Shown: piece after piece, positions 29,001 through 42,320 of the stretch
How positions within the stretch are numbered: the first letter of the stretch is position 1
Layout of the letters: each line of letters begins with the position of its first letter
Assembly: GCF_028641065.1 (NCBI RefSeq)
Contig: NC_073386.1
Location: 16,864,001 to 16,928,000 of the forward strand
From: Leucoraja erinacea
Lineage: Eukaryota
DNA: 64,000 nucleotides
Direction: 5' to 3'
Position numbers and translations under genes: made by a program
Notes under the pieces: model-generated
Databases searched by the model: none
Seen by the model: only the letters and a program-made list of their open reading frames with translations
Told to the model about the DNA's origin: nothing

Positions 29001-32000
29001 AATCTGAAGTGGATGGTGAGAGATAAATGGTTTGTATAACTATGTTTAGGAACTATGTGGAATTCTCTGCCACAGAAGGAAGTGGAGGCCAATTCACTGG
29101 ATATTTCAAGAGATTGTTATATTTTGCTCTTAGGGCTAACGGAATCAAGGGATTTGGAAGAAAGAAGGAACAGGGTACTGATTTTCGATGATCAGCCATG
29201 GCCTACTCCTGCACCTATTTTCTATGTTTCTTTAATGGTTCTGGTTTTAGTTGTCACTTAGTCACTTTTCTTTACACGTGGAGGTACGCACCTATATACA
29301 ATAATTGTCCAAAGAACTGCAATTAATAAAATTCTGTTCTTCTTGGGCACCAAAAGACATCCATGAATGAAGAATGGCAGATGTGTTCCCATGATGACAG
29401 GAAATCCTTGAGTGAAGTACCAGTGCCAAGAATGAGAGCCATAGAATGATCCCAAGTTCTGAATTACATTGAACCTGAGGAAATTCCACTGAACGACAAC
29501 CCACTGAAATGTGTGAGGGAATGAGACAGGGGGAGGGAGAAGAGGGGAAAATCAAAGATTTACAGGAATTAATTGTTAGTATTAGCATATTACATATAAT
29601 GCTTACAGAATAATACAAGATATATACTAACAAGGAGGAATGAACTCAAATATCCAAGGTCACCCCACCCCAGTATATTTTCTACTCAAAATTGGTTAAA
29701 TTAACATCTCAGTTTATATTTCTTGTCCTTTTTATTTCCGAATACAAGTTCATTCATCCCTTTAAGGCAAATCTAAGCAGGGGTGCATAGTTTTATTTTC
29801 ACAGATGCAAATTAATATAGTTAGGATAAATAAATTAATGAGACAATGTACTATAATCCTCTCTCTATTTACCCAGTTTACTCACAGCCAGATTAAAGGC
29901 AGGAGTAAAGGAACCTATTTCTATAGCCTCGTTAAATCGTACCATTTCACCAAAAGACATTTCGCTTAAAAAAAACCAAGAATAATTTATTTAGCTGGAA
30001 ATTAAAAAAAATATACAAGTTTATTAAAACAATACATTGCAGTGCATTAATTTTTTTCCAAAGGAGGTGCAGGTCATTAAAATTAAGAGACTGATTAGCT
30101 ACTCAGGAACACCTCAAATTCCAACACAAATCTATTTTTTTCAAAAGCATGAAAAATGCCCACCTCACCATAAAATATTCGGTCAACGATCAGTGAAAAC
30201 CCCAGTGACAAGCATCTGCAAAATGAACATAGTAACAATGGGAAAAAAAACATTTTGGGGGAAAATACATTTATTAGGCCAATCTTAAAACCAATGGCCA
30301 CATTGGCCTGAAGTCCTCGACAGGCAGTGCATACTGTTTTTGTACATCACCGTACAAAATCATAACATGGGGTGCAACAGCAGAATTATATATGTCCTAT
30401 AAACCATGGTAACCAGCTGCTGAGCGTTTCTGCAAAGTAATAGTATTTCTGGAAGATTGGTGACAGGGACCCGCCAACAAAACGTACACAATGTGCAATG
30501 GGAATAGTTCCCTTCACAAGATGTTTAACATTGTAAATATTCCACAGGGGAATCAGAAGTACTCTTCTATTTCTTAGGATTTCTGCTACCAGCAATGAGA
30601 AATAATTACATGTCCTAGGTAACCATCCTTCTGGACATTTGCAAGAGGATAAAAGACTTGGACCTGCATTGAGGAATTTGATTTTGTGTGTAAAAATCCA
30701 GACTTGTTTAGCTCTGTAACTAATGATTTCAGAGGTCACCTCTTAGGATAAGTCTAATTCAAAGCTGGGTAAGATTCCCGCAAAGAGTAGGCCATATAAG
30801 TGTGGGAGGCGGAATCCTAAGTACAACTGCAGAGTGAATAATTTCCATCAAATCAAAAATCTATATGTAGTAAGGAACTGCAGATGCTGGTTTATTCCGA
30901 AGATAGACACAAAATGCTGGAGTAATTCAGCGGGTCTGCACCCCCCACTCCACCCCCGTTGTCCAACGAGTTCTACTGTTCGCATCCTTATATCTCTCCC
31001 GGTAGCACATCTTCCCCAGCCAACAATAGGCGATTATGAACTCCACCGTTCCTGAGGTAATTGGTTACCAGCCCCAATTTGTTGTCCTTTTCTCACCTCC
31101 AGTTTCCCACACCACCCCTCAACCCCCACCTCTATCTTTCGTTCTGAAGAAGGGTTCTGACCCAAAACGTCACCTATTCCTTTTCTCCAGAGATGCTGCC
31201 TGACCCGCTGCATTACTCCAGCAATATGTTTCTGTCTTAAGTCAAAAATCAAATTTAGTTTGGAGATACAGCACGGAAACAAGTCCTTCGGACCACCAAG
31301 TCCACACTGACCATCGATCACCGGTTCACAGTAGTTCTTTGTTATCTCACTTTCTCATCCACTCCCTACACTGAAATAGTAAAGTGTTTCTTGTGCTGCT
31401 ATTTAGAGACCAATTAACCAACAAACAAGCACATCTTTGCGGTGTGGGAGGAAACCCACACAGTCACAGGGAGAACATGCAAACTCCACATAGATAGCAC
31501 CAAGGTCAGGATTGAACTCAGGTCTCAGGCAATGTGAGGCACCCGGCGCTACCTGTTGAGCCACTATGCAGCTGGTGGAACTTAATAGGTCAAGTTCCTG
31601 GACATTCCAGCAGAGGGTACAGTTCCTACATAGGAGTGACCCAAAGACAGGATTTGAAATAGTAAAGAGTTGCCTGGGCTGCTATTGTTACAGATCGTTC
31701 CTTGCTCCTCCATTGTCACTGGTACTTCTATCCAACAGCACAGGGTACCACCTTCTCCAGGATATTTAGGATGAGGCAATAAATGTATAACCATATCAGT
31801 GACACCTACATAAATAGATTAGAAAAAATATCTTCACTGAAGTATCACTTTGCATATCTGGGCTACACTCAATTAATTTCAGCTATACCAGAAATAATTC
31901 AGAGCCATGAACATTGGATAGTGAGGAAATTAAGTAGGGAAACAATTAGTGTGTCTCAAGTACACTGGAAATCAGTGAGACCATGTCAACTTTTCAACTC

Positions 32001-35000
32001 CCTTTACCTACATTAAAAAGAGACTGAAGAAGGGTTCTGACCTGAAACACACATATTCTTTTTTCCAGAGATGCTATCTGACTTGCTGAATTACTCCAAC
32101 ATTTTGTATCTATCTTATAACTCCCGTGACTTGTCCTTACAGGCTTTTTTAAATAATGGCATAACATTATTCCAGTCTACCAATACCTCATGCGTGACTA
32201 ACAATTAGTTAATAACAATTTTATAAATATCTCTACCAAAAGTTAATCCTTCCATTCGAATCAAGCTTCTCCCATCATGAGATTTTACCATTGATCATTT
32301 CGTCAACAACTCTTGTAATGTTTATCCTTTTCATTTCCAGAATAAGCACTGATCTTATCACGAATGCACTTTTAATGTCTTAGCAGTGAAATCATTTTGT
32401 TTTGTTACAGTATTCAACAGCAAAAAAGACAGAATGGGCTCTTGTGTATAATGTGCCTCATAATGTGTCTCAAATCGTAGGTGTCCGAACGATATGAAGG
32501 GAACTCCTCCCTTCTCTTTACATACCCAGCTGGTAGACATTTGTACAAGAGCAGATCCAGTTTCTTCGCTTCTTGCCAGAAATGAGAAAACAACAGTGGC
32601 AGCCAAAGAATGACTGCAGTGGGACGCACAACAAATGCAAACGCAGTCAAAGCGAGATATTTCGAACTGTGAATAGAAAAATACAAAATCAGATGCAGGA
32701 GACTTACCCAAAGCAGCCTCAAAATTCTTTCACAAATATAAAAAGCATTACTTTAGCCTTATCCCATCTATCAGCATTCGATATTGCTTCCCTATTCAAA
32801 TTTATTAAGGTCCCATCTTGCTAGATGAACTCCACTGTTCAATCATAATTTACAGATGGGGTAGCACAACGATTAAGCTGTGTAGAAAGGAACTGCAGAT
32901 GCTGGTCTATACCGACGATGGACACAATGTGCTGGAGTAACTCAGTGTGTCAGGCAGCACCTCTGGCATTTAAACCAAAATTAGAATAATCGAACATTTT
33001 CCTGACCTGCTTCCAGTCTTTGTACCCTGAAGAGGGTAGTAATAAAATATAAAACTAGTTAGAACAGCTTCCATGCTATTTGTAATAGTTCGCGTACTGC
33101 AATACCATGTGAACCAGGAACACAGTTGAGAGAAGTACTAGAAGAAATAAACAAAACAAAAAATTAATATTCATCAAATTCACAGTCACTTTCTACACAC
33201 CCAAATATTTTGTTTTTTCTTAAAATTGGCAAGACACCTATGGCAAGCTTTAAACATAATCTGCAAATATTACGAGTTGCCATCCATTCATCTGGTACAT
33301 AAAAGTAACTTAAATCTGCAATGTTGTTAAATAGAATAAATTATTCAATGAAATCTGAAACCAGAAATGTTAATACCATAGTCATCTACCCCCTTTGATT
33401 TGATAGTGCATTGCAAAAATGTTGACGTATTCGTAATAATCCTGTTAAAGAAAGGGGTAAATGAAACAGCACTAGTGAATGCTCCTAAACAGTATGTCCC
33501 TCTTGAATAATTCATTGAAATGGCAATGAATTACAAATTCATACCCATTTCTATCTCACTTTTGGTTTGGTAATAGTTTTATTAGCGTTCATAGCACACA
33601 ATCAGTTAGAATTTGCTTTAATTTTTCTAATACATGGTTCCAAAAGTTTGTCAGTTTGTCCAAAGAATAAGTGCCCTCACATTATAATTTGGTTGTTATG
33701 CCAAGAACCATAGATACAATCTACATCAGGGTAGCGGAGCAAGTAGTGGTTGTATATCATAGCTTCAGTCATTTTGGTTGCATCCTGACCTCCATTGTAG
33801 AAACAAGGAACTGCAGATGCTGGCTTATTTTAAAAAAGGCACAAAGGAGTAACTCAGCGGGTCAGGCAGTATCTCTGGAGAACACAGAGAGGTGACGTTT
33901 CGGGTCAGGATTCTTCTTCAGGCTTATTCTGGGGGCGAGCGGAGGGGAGTGGCAAAACAAAGTGTGGCAGGTAATAGATGAACAAAAGCAAGGTGAGGTT
34001 TTGATAGACAGATGGTTGGACAAAGGCCAGAGATGAAAAAAGGTGCAAGACAAAAGGATTGAAGAGATGTGAATTGTTATGTTGGAGAATACATTGTGTT
34101 GAAAAGGGAGGGAAGAAATAGGCTGTGAGCCCAGGTGGGGCAAAGGGGAGGGGTGAGGGAGGAAAAGGGGGGAGCATATTGTTAGATAATTCAATGTTCG
34201 TCGGGCTGCGAGACAGGATGATCGTCAGGCTGTGGCTATCCCCCAGCTGCCGGCTTGGCTCACCCGCCACAGAACCTGAAAACCAATCCTGGCCCCTGCT
34301 CGTCAACCAGAGAGTGCAGGGAGTGGCCATGGCGGAGATAACAAAGGGCCAGTAAGTGGGTCTTTGTGCGCCCTCAAGGTCAACTGCAGGAGGCGCCCCT
34401 GGGGCACAAAAGCTGAGGGTGGCTGGGCGAGGAGAGGGACAACAGTTCGCTGGACGATCAATATTGAGCCAACAGCTGGAGCCCCTGCTGCCAGGACAAC
34501 AGGCCTTTATGGCTATCTGTAGCATGGACTTTGAAAATGGTGCAAAATCCTGCTGTCTCTTGCACACGGTCTCAATGGGCTATTTCTATCCACTTTGCAT
34601 TTGATCTAGGATTGTGCTTCAGTAATAATTTACTGAAATTATTATTATTTACAGAGCCAGCATGGACCCGATGGGCCAAATGTCACTTTCTATGTCAGAA
34701 GGAAATACTGAGTCATCAAGTACTTTTTCCATAGAAATTCCTCTACGTTCAGCATTTTTGATTCTCACACACAAGCTGGATTCATCAGGATTTTTTTCTA
34801 CATCAATAATAAGAAAATAAAAATATGCAAACAGCTTACCACCCACTTTGCAACCTCTTCATTTGCCTGTTTTTTTACTACGCAGTATAATGTTACATCT
34901 GCCAGTGCTGCCAGAAAAGACTGGGCCAGTCGAGGAACCCAGATCTGCAAAACACAATCCATGTTTACTGACAGTTTATACCAGAGGGCACATTTCTGAT

Positions 35001-38000
35001 GCAAATTGTAATTTGTTTATTGTCGTGTGCACCGAGGTACAGTGAAAAGCTTTTGTTGCATGCTAACCAGTCAGCGGAAAGTCAATACATGATTACAAAT
35101 GAGCCATCCACAGTGTGCAGATATATGAATCTTAATGAGTAGGAAGGAACTGCAGATGGTGGTTTACGCCAAAGATAGACACAAAATGATGTAGTAACTC
35201 AACTAGGCAGGCAGCATCTCAGGAAAGAAGGAATGAGTGACAATTCTGTTTTCTGTTCGACACCCTTCTTCAGACTGAGAGTCAGGGACTAGAGATATGG
35301 AATAGTAAGATGTGAAAACGCGAGATCAAAGGGGACGAAGCTCAAGGAAAATGAAAAATGGATCAAAGTCAGCTGATGGGGAAGGGGATACTTAATGAGG
35401 GTCACCCTACCCTGGTCTTATTTCTGCTCTCTCACACCATTCGTGCAAATAACTACATAGAAAGATGTGAAAACTGCACTGCTAGAAAATTGATACCAGG
35501 TACAAATGGGACCTTCTGCATATAGTTTGAATTATTTCAATCCTCGGTATCTTGCAGAGCATGGTCCAATTTAACCATATATAATAACCATATAACAATT
35601 ACAGCACGGAAACAGGCCATCTCGACCCTTCTAGTCCGTGCCGAACACATAATCTCCCCTAGTCCCATATACCTGCGCTGAGACCATAACCCTCCATTCC
35701 CTTCCCATCCATATAACTATCCAATTTATTTTTAAATGATAAAAACGAACCTGCCTCCACCACCTTCACTGGAAACTCATTCCACACAGCTACCACTCTC
35801 TGAGTAAAGAAGTTCCCCCTCATGTTACCCCTAAACTTCAGTCCCTTAATTCTCATGTCATGTCCCCTTGTTTGAATCTTCCCTACTCTCAGTGGGAAAA
35901 GCTTTTCCACGTCAACTCTGTCTATCCCTCTCATCATTTTAAAAACCTCTATCAAGTCCCCCCTTAACCTTCTGCGCTCCAAAGAATAAAGCCCTAACTT
36001 GTTCAACCTTTCTCTGTACCTTAGTTGCTGAAACCCAGGCAACATTCTATTTTGTTGACATCCTTCCTATAATTAGGCGACCAATTTGTGCTTTAAAGAT
36101 TTCAGTTAGATACATAGAAAATAGGTGCAGGAGTAGGCCATTCGGCACTTTGAGCCGGCACCGCCATTCATTGTGATCATGGCTAATCATCCACAATCAG
36201 TACCCCGTTTCTGCCTACTCCCCATATCCCTTGATTCCACTAGCCCTAAGAGCTCTATCTAACTCTCTTTTGAATGCATCCAGTGAATTGGCCTCCACTG
36301 CCTTCTGTGACAGAGAAATTCCACAAATTCACAACTCTCTAGGTGAAAAAGTTTTTCCTCATATCAGTTCTAAATGGTCTACCACTTATTCTTAAACTGT
36401 GGTCCCTGGTTCTGGGCTCCCCCAACCACGGGAACATTTTTCCTGCATCTACCCTGTCCAATCCCTTAATAATTTTATATGTTTCTATAAGATCCCCTCT
36501 CATCCTCCTAAATTCCAGTGAATACAAGCCCAGTCGTTCCATTCGTTCATCATATGACAGTCCCGCCATCCCGGGAATTCACCTTGTGAACTTATGCTGC
36601 GCAATACTCCAGGTGTGGTCTCACCAGGGCCCTGTACAACTGCAGAAGGATCTCTTTGCTTCTATACTCAAATCCTCTTGTTATGAAGGCCAACATACCT
36701 TATGTTAGCTTTCTTCACTGCCTACTATACCTGCATGCTTACTTTCCATGACTGATGTACAAGGACACACAGGTCTTGTTGCACTTCCCCTTTTCTTAAT
36801 CTGACCCATTCAGATAATAATCTGCCTTCTTGTTCTTGCCACCAAATATTCATATTATACTACATCTACCATGCATTGCCCACTCACCCAACCTATCCAA
36901 GTCACCCTGCATCCTCTTCATAGCTTACACTGTCACCCAGCTTTGTGTCATCTGCAAATTTGCTAATGTTACTTTTAACTCCTTCATCTAAATCATTAAT
37001 AAATATTGTAAATAGCTGCGGTCCCAGTACTGAGCCTTGCGGCACCCTACTAGTCACTACCTGCCATTCTGAAACGGACCCGTTAATTCCTACTCTTTGT
37101 TTCCTGTCTGCCAACCAATTTTTTATCCATGTCAATGCCCTACCACCAATACCATGTGCTCTAATTTTGCCCACTAATCTGCCGTGTGGGACCTTATCAA
37201 ATGTTTTCTGAATGTCCAGATACACTACATCCACTGGCTCTCCCTTATTCATTTTACATTACATCCTCAAAAAATTCTAGAAGATTAGTCAAGCAAGATT
37301 TTCCCTTCGTAAATCCATGCTGACTTGTACCGATCCTGTTACCGCTATCCAAATACGCCACTATTACATCTTTATTAATTGACTCCAGCATCTTCTCCAG
37401 ATGTCAGGCTAACTGGTCCATAATTCCCTGCTTTTTTCCACCTTCCTTTCTTAAAAAGTGGGATAACATTAGCTCCCCTCCAATTCTCAGGAACTGATCC
37501 AGTATCTATAGAACATTGGAAAATGATCACCAATGCATCCTCAATTTCTAGAGCCACCTCCTTGAGTACACCAGGATGTAGACCACCAGGCCCGAGAGAT
37601 TTATCAGCCTTCAGTCTCTTCAGTCTACCTAACACCATTTCCTGACTAATGTGAATTTCCTTCAGTTCCTCCGTCACACTAGAACCCCTGTCCCCCAGTA
37701 CATCTGGGAGATTGGTTCTGTCTTACTTAGTGAAGACAGAACCAAAGTATCTGTTCAACTCGTCTGCCATTTCCTTGTTCCCCATTATAAATTCACCTGT
37801 TTCTGTCTTCAAGGGAACCACATTTGTCTTAACTAATCTTTTCCTTCTCACATACCTAAAGAAGCTTTTACTATCCTCCTTTATATTCTTCGCTACCTTA
37901 CCTTTGTACTCCTTCCTTGCTCCCCATATTGCCTTTTTAGTTACCCTCTGTTGTTCTTTAAAAGTGTCCCAATCCTCTGGCTGCCCGCTCATCTTTTCTG

Positions 38001-41000
38001 TTATACATCTTCTCTTTTAGTTTTATACTGTCCTTGACTTCCCTTATCACCCAAGATTGCCTCTTACTTCCCTTAGAATATTTCCTCCTCTTTGGAGTGA
38101 AATGATCTTGCAACTTCTGGATAATTCCCAGAAGTTCCTGCCATTGCTGTTCCACCATCATCCCTGCTAGGGTGCCTTTCCAGTCAACTTTGGCCAGCTC
38201 CTCCCTCATGCCTCCATAGTCCCCTTTGATCGACTGTAATACTGACACTTCTGATTTTACCTTCTCCCTCTCAAATTACAGATTAAAACTTATCATATTA
38301 TGGTCACTACCTCCTAATGGTTCCTTTACCTTGAGTTCGCTTATCAAATCCGGTTCATTACACAACACCAAATCCAGAATTGCCTTCTCCCTGGTCAGCT
38401 CCAGTACAAACTGCTCTAAGGATCCATCTCGGAGCTCTCTGCAAACTCCCTTTCTTGGGGTCCAGTACATAACTAATTTTCCCGTCTACCGGCATATTGA
38501 AATCTCCCATAACCACCGTAGCATTACCTTTGCTACATGCCAATTTTAACTCCTGATGCAACTTGCATCCTCTATCCAGGCTATTGTTTGGGGGCTGTAG
38601 ATAACTCCTATTGGAGTCTTTTTGCCCTTACAATTTCTCAGTTCTATCCACATTGACTACATCTTCTGATTCTATGTCACCCCTCGCAAAGGACTGAATT
38701 TCATTCCTTACCAACAGAGCTACCCCACCCCCTCTGCCCACCCGTCAGTCTTTTAGATAGGACCTATAACCCTGAATATTCAGTTCCCAGCTCCGATCCT
38801 CTTGCCGTCATGTCTCTGTAATTCCCGCAACATCAAAACTACCAATCTCTGAGCCCCAACCCTATCCACTTCATTTCTTATACTTCGCGCATTCATATCT
38901 AACACTTTTAATTTGGTATTCATCTCCCCTCTCACACCGGTTCCTATTTCACCTGACCTTACTCTCTTAACCCTTCTTGAACTTTCCATCCCATTAATTG
39001 GAGTGTCTTTCGTAGCTTTTACTGTACTCTCTTTCCCTTTAACTCCATCCTTATACTTCCCCTTTGACGCTCGGCCCCTCCCCCCACCGCTATTTAGTTT
39101 AAAATGTTCTAAATCTTAATGTCTCAAGCATGGCGGCAGACAGAAAAAAAAAATCAAACAATACCCTGACCACTGCACTTGTCTAAGCTTTGAAGCACAG
39201 TGTAAAGAGGAAAGTGGAAGGTGAAACAGAATGTTCAGGTTAAATGTCTTGCAATGGTGATGCTTTTAAATTAATGTTCAACTTATATCCATCCTTGATT
39301 TGTTTTAATGAGAATAATTAAGTGACAACTGGCAAAATAATGCAACTGGCAAAAGAACTAGAAGCAAAACAAAGGAACTGTATTTTCAAACTAAACCAAT
39401 AATTTGTTGCGATCTGGAATGTGTTGCCTGACAGGGAGTGGAGAATGAATCAATGTCAATATTCAATGTGGATTTAATAATTTTCTGGAGAAAATAAATA
39501 TTAATATAAGCAATGAACAAGAATAGGACTAATTGCATAATTTGGCAAAAGTACTGGGGCAGGCGGAATGGGCCCAATGGCTCCTCCGACACTGTGTCAT
39601 TCACTACATTGATCCAATCAGGAGAAATACAGATAGGTCTCCAAATTGAATGATAGTTTTGCCAATAGGTTTCCCTGTATTCAATAATATAAATCTCATT
39701 TGAGATGTGTCTGATTAGTCAAAAGCAACTGTTTTATTCTTACCAGCAGTTGTACTGTATCCTTCTTGAATATTTGCAACAATTTATAGAAGCTTGCAAA
39801 AATCAATGGGTAGGTGTAGCCTCGGAGCTTTTCTTTCCATTCCCAGGTTAAATAACCATACTTGAGAAAGTTAAGAATATTATAAAAATAATGATATTGA
39901 TCATCAAAACATGAGCACGACAAACATGAATTAAGAGCAGGAAAATTAGGGCACTCGACCCTTTAGGTTTTAAGGCAGCAGTAGATTGATATTTTTTTAA
40001 GCAAGGTGAAAGATTATCATAGTTCGATGGAAACGTGGAGCAAGGTTACTTTCATATCAGCCTTCATCTTTTTAAATGACCAAGCATGCATGAGGGGCCC
40101 TGCTCCTGATTTGTATGTTCCAATCTACAGAAAAATTGCTTTCACCAAAGAACTGAGGAATTTGGTGTACGTTTAAGAAGGAACTGCAGATGCTGGAAAA
40201 TCTAAGGTAGACAAAAATGCTGGAGAAACTCAGCGGCTGAGGCAGCATCTATGGAGCGAAGGAAATATGGTTCAGTTTTTAATCTCACGTGATGATCATA
40301 TAAGTAATGCACCTCGACAAGATGCAAAATATGTGCAAAATCCCTCGCGTTCAAACAATTGGCATATTTGTGATGAAGAACCAAAACTTTTTGTTTTCCA
40401 TTATGCATTTAGTTAGTAAACCCAAAGGATATTTGAAGACCATGTTGTGAGCAACTTCGAGCGTCTGCCAGTACTCATCTGGAACAAAGCTAGTCTGGAC
40501 CAAAAGGCAGTTCACAGACCTTAAAGCTACTGAGAATATAATTAAATAGGTGTTTGGACCAAATAATCCTGTTGTTAAAAAAAAGACAGAAAAAAGACAA
40601 TTACAAAATATATAAAGCAGCAAAATAAATAAATCAATCCGTCCAGATGTGTTTATCCAATGGAAACAGATCTACTCCAGTCATTCCAGAGCTTGAATTA
40701 TTTAAAGAGTGAATATCCCATTACAAGTATTCATTTAGGATACTGCTCATAACCCCACACTCCACGTGTAAATTACCCTTTTGGTTTGGGAGGGAACCTA
40801 CTCTTTCCTCAGCTACTTTCTGGCAATGTTACTATTAACTGGAAAAACATCATTGTGACTAATTGGCTGACATTGAGCACACATGATGTAGGGGGTATAA
40901 TCAGTATGTTCAAGGATGATAAAAATTGGCGGAGCTGTCAATAGTATTGAAGATTACAGGATGGTGACAATAAGTCAGTGAAATGGGCTGAAAAATGGCA

Positions 41001-42096
41001 GACAGAAGTTTAATCTGAATAAACACAACATTTTAGCACTAATGAGATTAGGACATACATCACGAATTGCAGGGCCCTCGGGAGTACTGAGGAACAGAGA
41101 CCTTAGTGTGCATGTACAACAACTCTTGAAGTTGGATGTACATGTAGATAATGTGATTAAGGCATAAGGGTTAGTGGCTTTCATTAATCAGGGTACTTAA
41201 TGCATAAACAGGTTTTGCTCCAACTCTATAAAATACTAGTCAGATCTCAGCTGGAGTACTACCTACTATCTGTAAAATGCCATAGTGCTGGAGAGAGCAC
41301 CAGAGGAAATTCCACATGATTCTGCCTGAATGCATCATTTCAATTGCAAGGACATTCAAGACAGAATAATTTTGTTTTTTGGGCAGCGGACCACCTTAAG
41401 AAGAGAAGACATGAATGAGATATATACAATTATAAGGAGTATAGCTAGGGTAAACTGCAGAAACTCAGATCCATATCTGAGGCAGGCAAAACTAAAGTCT
41501 GTGTTAGGGTATGGGGATTGGGGTAAGAGATTTAGGGGGGATCTGAATGCTACTTTTTTTTTTAAACCTAGAGAGTGGCAAATACCTTGAATGCACTACC
41601 CTACAGTTGTGATGATAGCAGGGTCGCGACTGCATTTTAGAAGTGCTTAGGTAAGCACTTACATCGCCTAGGTTCAGTCGGCTCGCAGCCAAGTGCTAAA
41701 GGGATGCGATTAACACTGCAAGATGCCCAGTGGTCAGCCTGGAAGTGGTGGTCTATTTCAATGGTGTATCAGTAAGAACATCAGTAAGAACATTCCCCTT
41801 TTGGTTGTGAACAAAAAAACGAATAGAAATAAAATACATAAATAAAAACAGAAAACGTTGGAAGTGCACCACACGTCAGGTGCAATGTGGGAACAGAAGT
41901 AGTTATAATTTGCAGAGAGCTGCAGTGAAGTGAACACAGGATAATACACCGAACTATCTGCACAACCTGTACCTCGTCCCTGCTCAGAGTTGGAGCATTC
42001 TGCAGCATACAGCGTCGATTTTCTTTTTCTCAGTCTGACGGGCTCTGAAGCAGCGGACCGCCGGGCCCGAAAGAAACTGTTCCTGAGCTTCTCCAT
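26045..42096 (-). CDS. PIGB: GPI mannosyltransferase 3, 12 coding exons, 534 aa
   Basis: Exons (minus): 42096-41973, 40568-40433, 39861-39744, 34944-34840, 33137-33007, 32666-32526, 30215-30164, 29503-29292, 28659-28595, 28220-28004, 27243-27063, 26167-26045 (1605 nt). Motifs [54 protein letters not shown]. An in-frame upstream ATG at 42195 could extend the N-terminus. Intron 2 is U12-type. Confidence 0.96.
35575..36085 (-). mobile_element. CR1-clade LINE 3' fragment (second subfamily)
   Basis: [15 protein letters not shown]...[12 protein letters not shown]; near-identical relatives at 20850-21410 and 53670-54000. Confidence 0.88.
36115..39102 (-). mobile_element. CR1-clade LINE, degenerate ORF2 (endonuclease and RT) plus 3' tail, in PIGB intron 3
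   Basis: Frameshifted ORF pieces: [22 protein letters not shown]...GGSDHN (APE), [17 protein letters not shown]...VPQGSVLGP...KFADDTK (RT), [12 protein letters not shown] (C-terminus). Confidence 0.92.
39862..40432 (-). other. U12-type (minor spliceosome) intron 2 of PIGB, apparent AT-AA termini
   Basis: 5' splice site ATATCCTTT starting at 40432; branch-site-like TTCTTAAC at 39877-39870; in-frame junction TTC AA|G TAT GGT (F-K-Y-G) needs the intron to end ...TCTCAA. Confidence 0.85.
40860..41750 (+). mobile_element. Old, degenerate CR1-like LINE fragment in PIGB intron 1 (similar remnants at 13280-14290, 24550-24900, 26270-26800, 42750-43300, 56850-57350)
   Basis: Decayed RT/C-terminal motifs (atcagtatgttcaaggatgataaaaattgg, gagaccttagtgtgcatgtac, ctctataaaatactagtcagatctcagctggagtact). 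Boundaries approximate. Confidence 0.65.
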
Positions 42097-42320
42097 GCTG
42101 ACTCCTGCTCTCCATTCAGCGCCTCTTCCCTCGGCTTCCGGACCCCGCCGCCGTCCTCTCCAGCGCGCAGGTGCTGGGCCCGGGGGAGGCGCCATCTCCG
42201 CTGTCGGCCGGGCGGCTCCTCCTGCTGGGCCGGGTAGGCGGCGCCCTCGGTCAGGGCCATGCAGCCCAAAGATCCTAAAGCAGAGCTCCGCTATAGGATC
42301 GTTGATGCAGGCCGCTCCTG
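42040..42320 (-). promoter_or_regulatory. CpG island over PIGB exon 1 and promoter
   Basis: High GC and CpG density around the start codons at 42096 and 42195. Confidence 0.65.
42267..42304. mobile_element. 38-bp palindromic mini-element at the PIGB 5' end
   Basis: CAAAGATCCTAAAGCAGAG|CTCCGCTATAGGATCGTTG flanked by ATGCAGCC / ATGCAGGC. Confidence 0.7.
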
